Positions 36,074-38,619 of a stretch of 38,619 nucleotides of DNA are shown one piece after another. This DNA is from a virus (Duplodnaviria; Caudoviricetes), in the IMG/VR virus record IMGVR_UViG_3300020045_004115, positions 1 through 38,619 of that record; one strand, 5' to 3'. A program made the translations under genes and the position numbers. Below the pieces are notes generated by a model, which ran no database searches, was not told the DNA's origin, and saw nothing but the letters and a program-made list of their open reading frames with translations. Each line of letters begins with the position of its first letter. Positions within the stretch are counted from its first letter, which is position 1.

Positions 36074-37090
36074 TTAAACTCCTGTAATTGCTGTGAGTTT
36101 TCCGTGGCGCTTTGGATCAGTTGTTACCAATTCACCAGCGAGGTAAACATGTCCAACAACAGCAGCCTGGTTTGAAGGAATAATCCAGTCAGACCATGAG
36201 AAACCAAGACCCATAACAGATGAAGTGTCTACACCGTCAATCTGAGCTTTGTACTGAATAGGCTTTGTGTTAGCAAATGGAAGAGCATACCACTCAATGA
36301 AGTTCTCATTAAGGAATACGAACTGACCAGAAGTACATTTCTCATCTGCAAATACTGGAATACCCTGGAAATGGAGTGTCGAGAAACCAGTACCACCAGC
36401 CATACCACTCTTCATCATTGAATCTGTCTTCATGATGTGTTCCTGTGGCTGCAAGAGAGCTTCGTAGAATCCATATACTGCTTCTGTACCGTAAGCAGAT
36501 GTTGGGCGAATTGAACCACTTGAAATTGCATTGTACAAAGTACGGATCTTAGCAAGTGAAAGAGGACCACTCGAAGATGTTACTGTACCTGCAAGAGTTG
36601 GGTATGTTGAGCGTGAAAGTCCACCGATTGTAGCAACAGAAGAACCATCGTCAACGATAGCACCAAGACCAAGGAAGTCCTTACCACCGTTACCTGTACC
36701 GTCTGACCAGAAGAGAGTACCGATGTCATCTGCCATATCGAGAGCAGCTGACTGTACTTCAACAGAAGCAAGGTCGATAACCTTTTCTGCTGTTGCGTTA
36801 ACTGAAAGCTCATCAAATGGAAGTGCTACTGCGATTGAGTAGTTCTTTGGTGAGTATTCCATGTTTACGCGGTTGTTTGTTGCTGATGTTGAAAGAGTAT
36901 CAAAACCAGAAAATGATGCACCAGTTGTGTTCTTTGCAGTCTTAACTGGGAACTTCATTTTTTCACCACGCCAAGGCTTAGCTGCCTTAAGCATTTTGCC
37001 CGCAAATACGTTCGAGTTAAGAACGGTATCAACAAGAATTGGGGCCATCTTGTCTTGTGTCGTTGTTAGAATTCGATTGCCGAATGCCAT
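36074..37090 (-). CDS. Major capsid protein
   Basis: 338 aa after scaffold; DGTGNGGKDFLGL, TIGGLSRSTY, GF..L.FQGIPVFADEKC, FLNE, PKRHGKLT.IT. Confidence 0.85.
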   Translation of the reverse strand: MAFGNRILTTTQDKMAPILVDTVLNSNVFAGKMLKAAKPWRGEKMKFPVKTAKNTTGASFSGFDTLSTSATNNRVNMEYSPKNYSIAVALPFDELSVNATAEKVIDLASVEVQSAALDMADDIGTLFWSDGTGNGGKDFLGLGAIVDDGSSVATIGGLSRSTYPTLAGTVTSSSGPLSLAKIRTLYNAISSGSIRPTSAYGTEAVYGFYEALLQPQEHIMKTDSMMKSGMAGGTGFSTLHFQGIPVFADEKCTSGQFVFLNENFIEWYALPFANTKPIQYKAQIDGVDTSSVMGLGFSWSDWIIPSNQAAVVGHVYLAGELVTTDPKRHGKLTAITGV

Positions 37091-37095
37091 ATATT

Positions 37096-37860
37096 TTATT
37101 TAATTCCTGACCAGCCACCCATTTTGCGAATATCATCAGCTGTAAGATAGTCTTTTTTTCCTTCGCTTACGTTAGAAGAGTCCGGTGTAACAATAGAAGC
37201 AAGTTTTTTGCGAGCCTCTGATTTGTCATTTCCTTCTGCTGCTTCTAACTTCTCATAAATACTGTACGCTTTCTTCATTGAAAGGTTGCCATTTTCGTCT
37301 GTTGGCGAGTATTCGAGAGCGATCTTCAAAAGTTTGTTGCGTTCAAACTTCAATCCCTGAGTTTGGAGTTCTGTTATAGAATCCTCCAACCATTGGTTTG
37401 CTGCTTGTTCTTCTGCTTGAGCCTGAGACTTTGAAGCCTCAATCTCTTTCAGTGCTTCAACTTTTGCCTGTTGGATTAAGTCTTTCTCGTGCTGCTGATG
37501 TAGCTTGTACGCTTCGGGGCTGTCGCCATAGATTGACTTGAACCACTCAGGTACAGAGCTTTCTTCTTTAGGTGTCTGTTTCCACGACTCGAATTCTGAC
37601 TTAAATTTAGCCAGTTCTTCGGCTTGAGCCTTCGCAAGAGCTTGTGCAGCATTTTTTTCTGCAATAATCTCTTTGAAGCGTGGATGCTCATGGAAGTCCA
37701 ATTTCTTTTCGTCAGGAGTATTTGCGCCCTCCTGCGGTGGCTCTGGACTCTCCGTTTCATTTGTTTCGGGTTGCGACTCCGGTGGAGTTATTTTCTCCAT
37801 ATCTTCGAGACTCGTTCCTTCTCGCTTGATATCCGCAAAAAAGTTTTCTACTTCTGACAT
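37096..37860 (-). CDS. Capsid scaffolding protein
   Basis: Acidic flexible N-terminus, FHEHPRF, coiled coil; between portal and capsid. Confidence 0.75.
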   Translation of the reverse strand: MSEVENFFADIKREGTSLEDMEKITPPESQPETNETESPEPPQEGANTPDEKKLDFHEHPRFKEIIAEKNAAQALAKAQAEELAKFKSEFESWKQTPKEESSVPEWFKSIYGDSPEAYKLHQQHEKDLIQQAKVEALKEIEASKSQAQAEEQAANQWLEDSITELQTQGLKFERNKLLKIALEYSPTDENGNLSMKKAYSIYEKLEAAEGNDKSEARKKLASIVTPDSSNVSEGKKDYLTADDIRKMGGWSGIK

Positions 37861-37867
37861 ACTTTTG

Positions 37868-37952
37868 CTTATGAAGTGGGTGAAGCTCCATGATTTAGCA
37901 CCCAGACACTTATGGTGTCGCGTCTACCACCAGATGCGTATACCTCATCAAG
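37868..37952 (-). promoter_or_regulatory. Four-way-junction RNA leader of the scaffold gene
   Basis: Closing CTTGATGAGGT/ACTTCATAAG enclosing three hairpins. Confidence 0.55.
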
Positions 37953-37973
37953 TAGTAGCGGCGATAACACAAA

Positions 37974-38183
37974 TTATTGCTGCTTTACGGATAAAATCTC
38001 GAATTCTGCACAAATAGTTCCATCATCTTCCAACTCCTTAGAAACCTGCTTTAATTTAAGGACGACGGTGTATTCCTCTCCAACGTCCCAGTCCTTAACT
38101 GCTTTTAACTGAGAGCTTGAGAGTTCAAACATGTCTTCCTCTGATTCTCCCTGTAACGCTTTGAATTGGTCTTTTAGTTTCAT
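37974..38183 (-). CDS. Small hypothetical head-module protein
   Basis: ATGA overlap with the portal stop. Confidence 0.65.
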   Translation of the reverse strand: MKLKDQFKALQGESEEDMFELSSSQLKAVKDWDVGEEYTVVLKLKQVSKELEDDGTICAEFEILSVKQQ

Positions 38184-38619
38184 ATTATTGGTACTTGGCT
38201 CATTGGATCGTTAGATTGAATTGGTGCTTCTGCTACTGGCATAGCTTGGCCTCCGAGAAGTCCTTGTGGGTTCATCTTCCAGTTAATGAGACGTTCCATT
38301 GTTGCCTGAGGGTCTGGCATATCAAGACGCTCGAAGAGAGTAAGAGGATCGATAGCTCCCTGCTGGAACAAGTCAACCGCCTCGTTTCTCTGAGTAAGTG
38401 GGTCATGAGGGATTGTTGAGCCTTCTTTAACCGAAACGACAAGTTTGCGATTGAAATCCGACGCGCGGATAACGACCATTTCTTTAGCGTTACTTGCGCC
38501 AATAACCGACGCGATATGTTCTTCTGTGTAGTAAACCATCATGAGTTGAACCATCCAGTTGTACATATCATCTGCAAATTGTTCGAGGTATTCCGATACT
38601 CCTCCACCAATTCTGTCTG
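38180..38619 (-). CDS. Portal protein, C-terminal part (5' partial)
   Basis: Frame is open to the window end (DRIGGGVSEYLEQ...); VSVKEGS.IP.DPLT.RNEA, IDPLTLFE.LD.PDP. Confidence 0.8.
   Translation of the reverse strand, partial: DRIGGGVSEYLEQFADDMYNWMVQLMMVYYTEEHIASVIGASNAKEMVVIRASDFNRKLVVSVKEGSTIPHDPLTQRNEAVDLFQQGAIDPLTLFERLDMPDPQATMERLINWKMNPQGLLGGQAMPVAEAPIQSNDPMSQVPII

Noticed and set aside
37943-37952. Hammerhead core in the scaffold leader (CTTGATGAG)
   Set aside because: Extra U in the core and no GAAA partner.

Overview
This window is a near-complete ~39 kb tailed dsDNA phage genome with a podovirus-like layout: no tape measure, but adaptor, nozzle and ejection proteins. Inferred host is a Patescibacteria (CPR) bacterium, based on almost no Shine-Dalgarno use, a CPR-type repeat on the M23 endolysin, and CPR-style 3D and GroEL proteins. 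The minus strand carries packaging, GroES/GroEL, morphogenesis and lysis genes (1-7308, 17081-38619). The plus strand carries replication, recombination and accessory genes (7632-17048). The portal gene is split across the two ends with its middle missing, and bases 1-121 are an exact copy of 37182-37302 (chimeric junction). No integrase, tRNA or CRISPR array was seen. Main points of interest: (i) a structured RNA, an Acb2/Tad1-like sponge, an SD-locked hairpin and a GC-rich zinc-finger/HNH cassette, with RNA-RNA complementarity linking leader and hairpin; (ii) several structured RNA leaders, some sharing a UCACCCACU motif, including a pseudoknot/attenuator before the replication initiator; (iii) DnaA boxes abutting phage promoters; (iv) a homing endonuclease that supplies a recoded endolysin C-terminus; (v) a TerL intein with Cys1 plus the class-3 WCT signature; (vi) a full GroEL/GroES pair in a small phage. 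All family calls are motif recognition and all RNA folds are by hand; no searches or folding programs were run.
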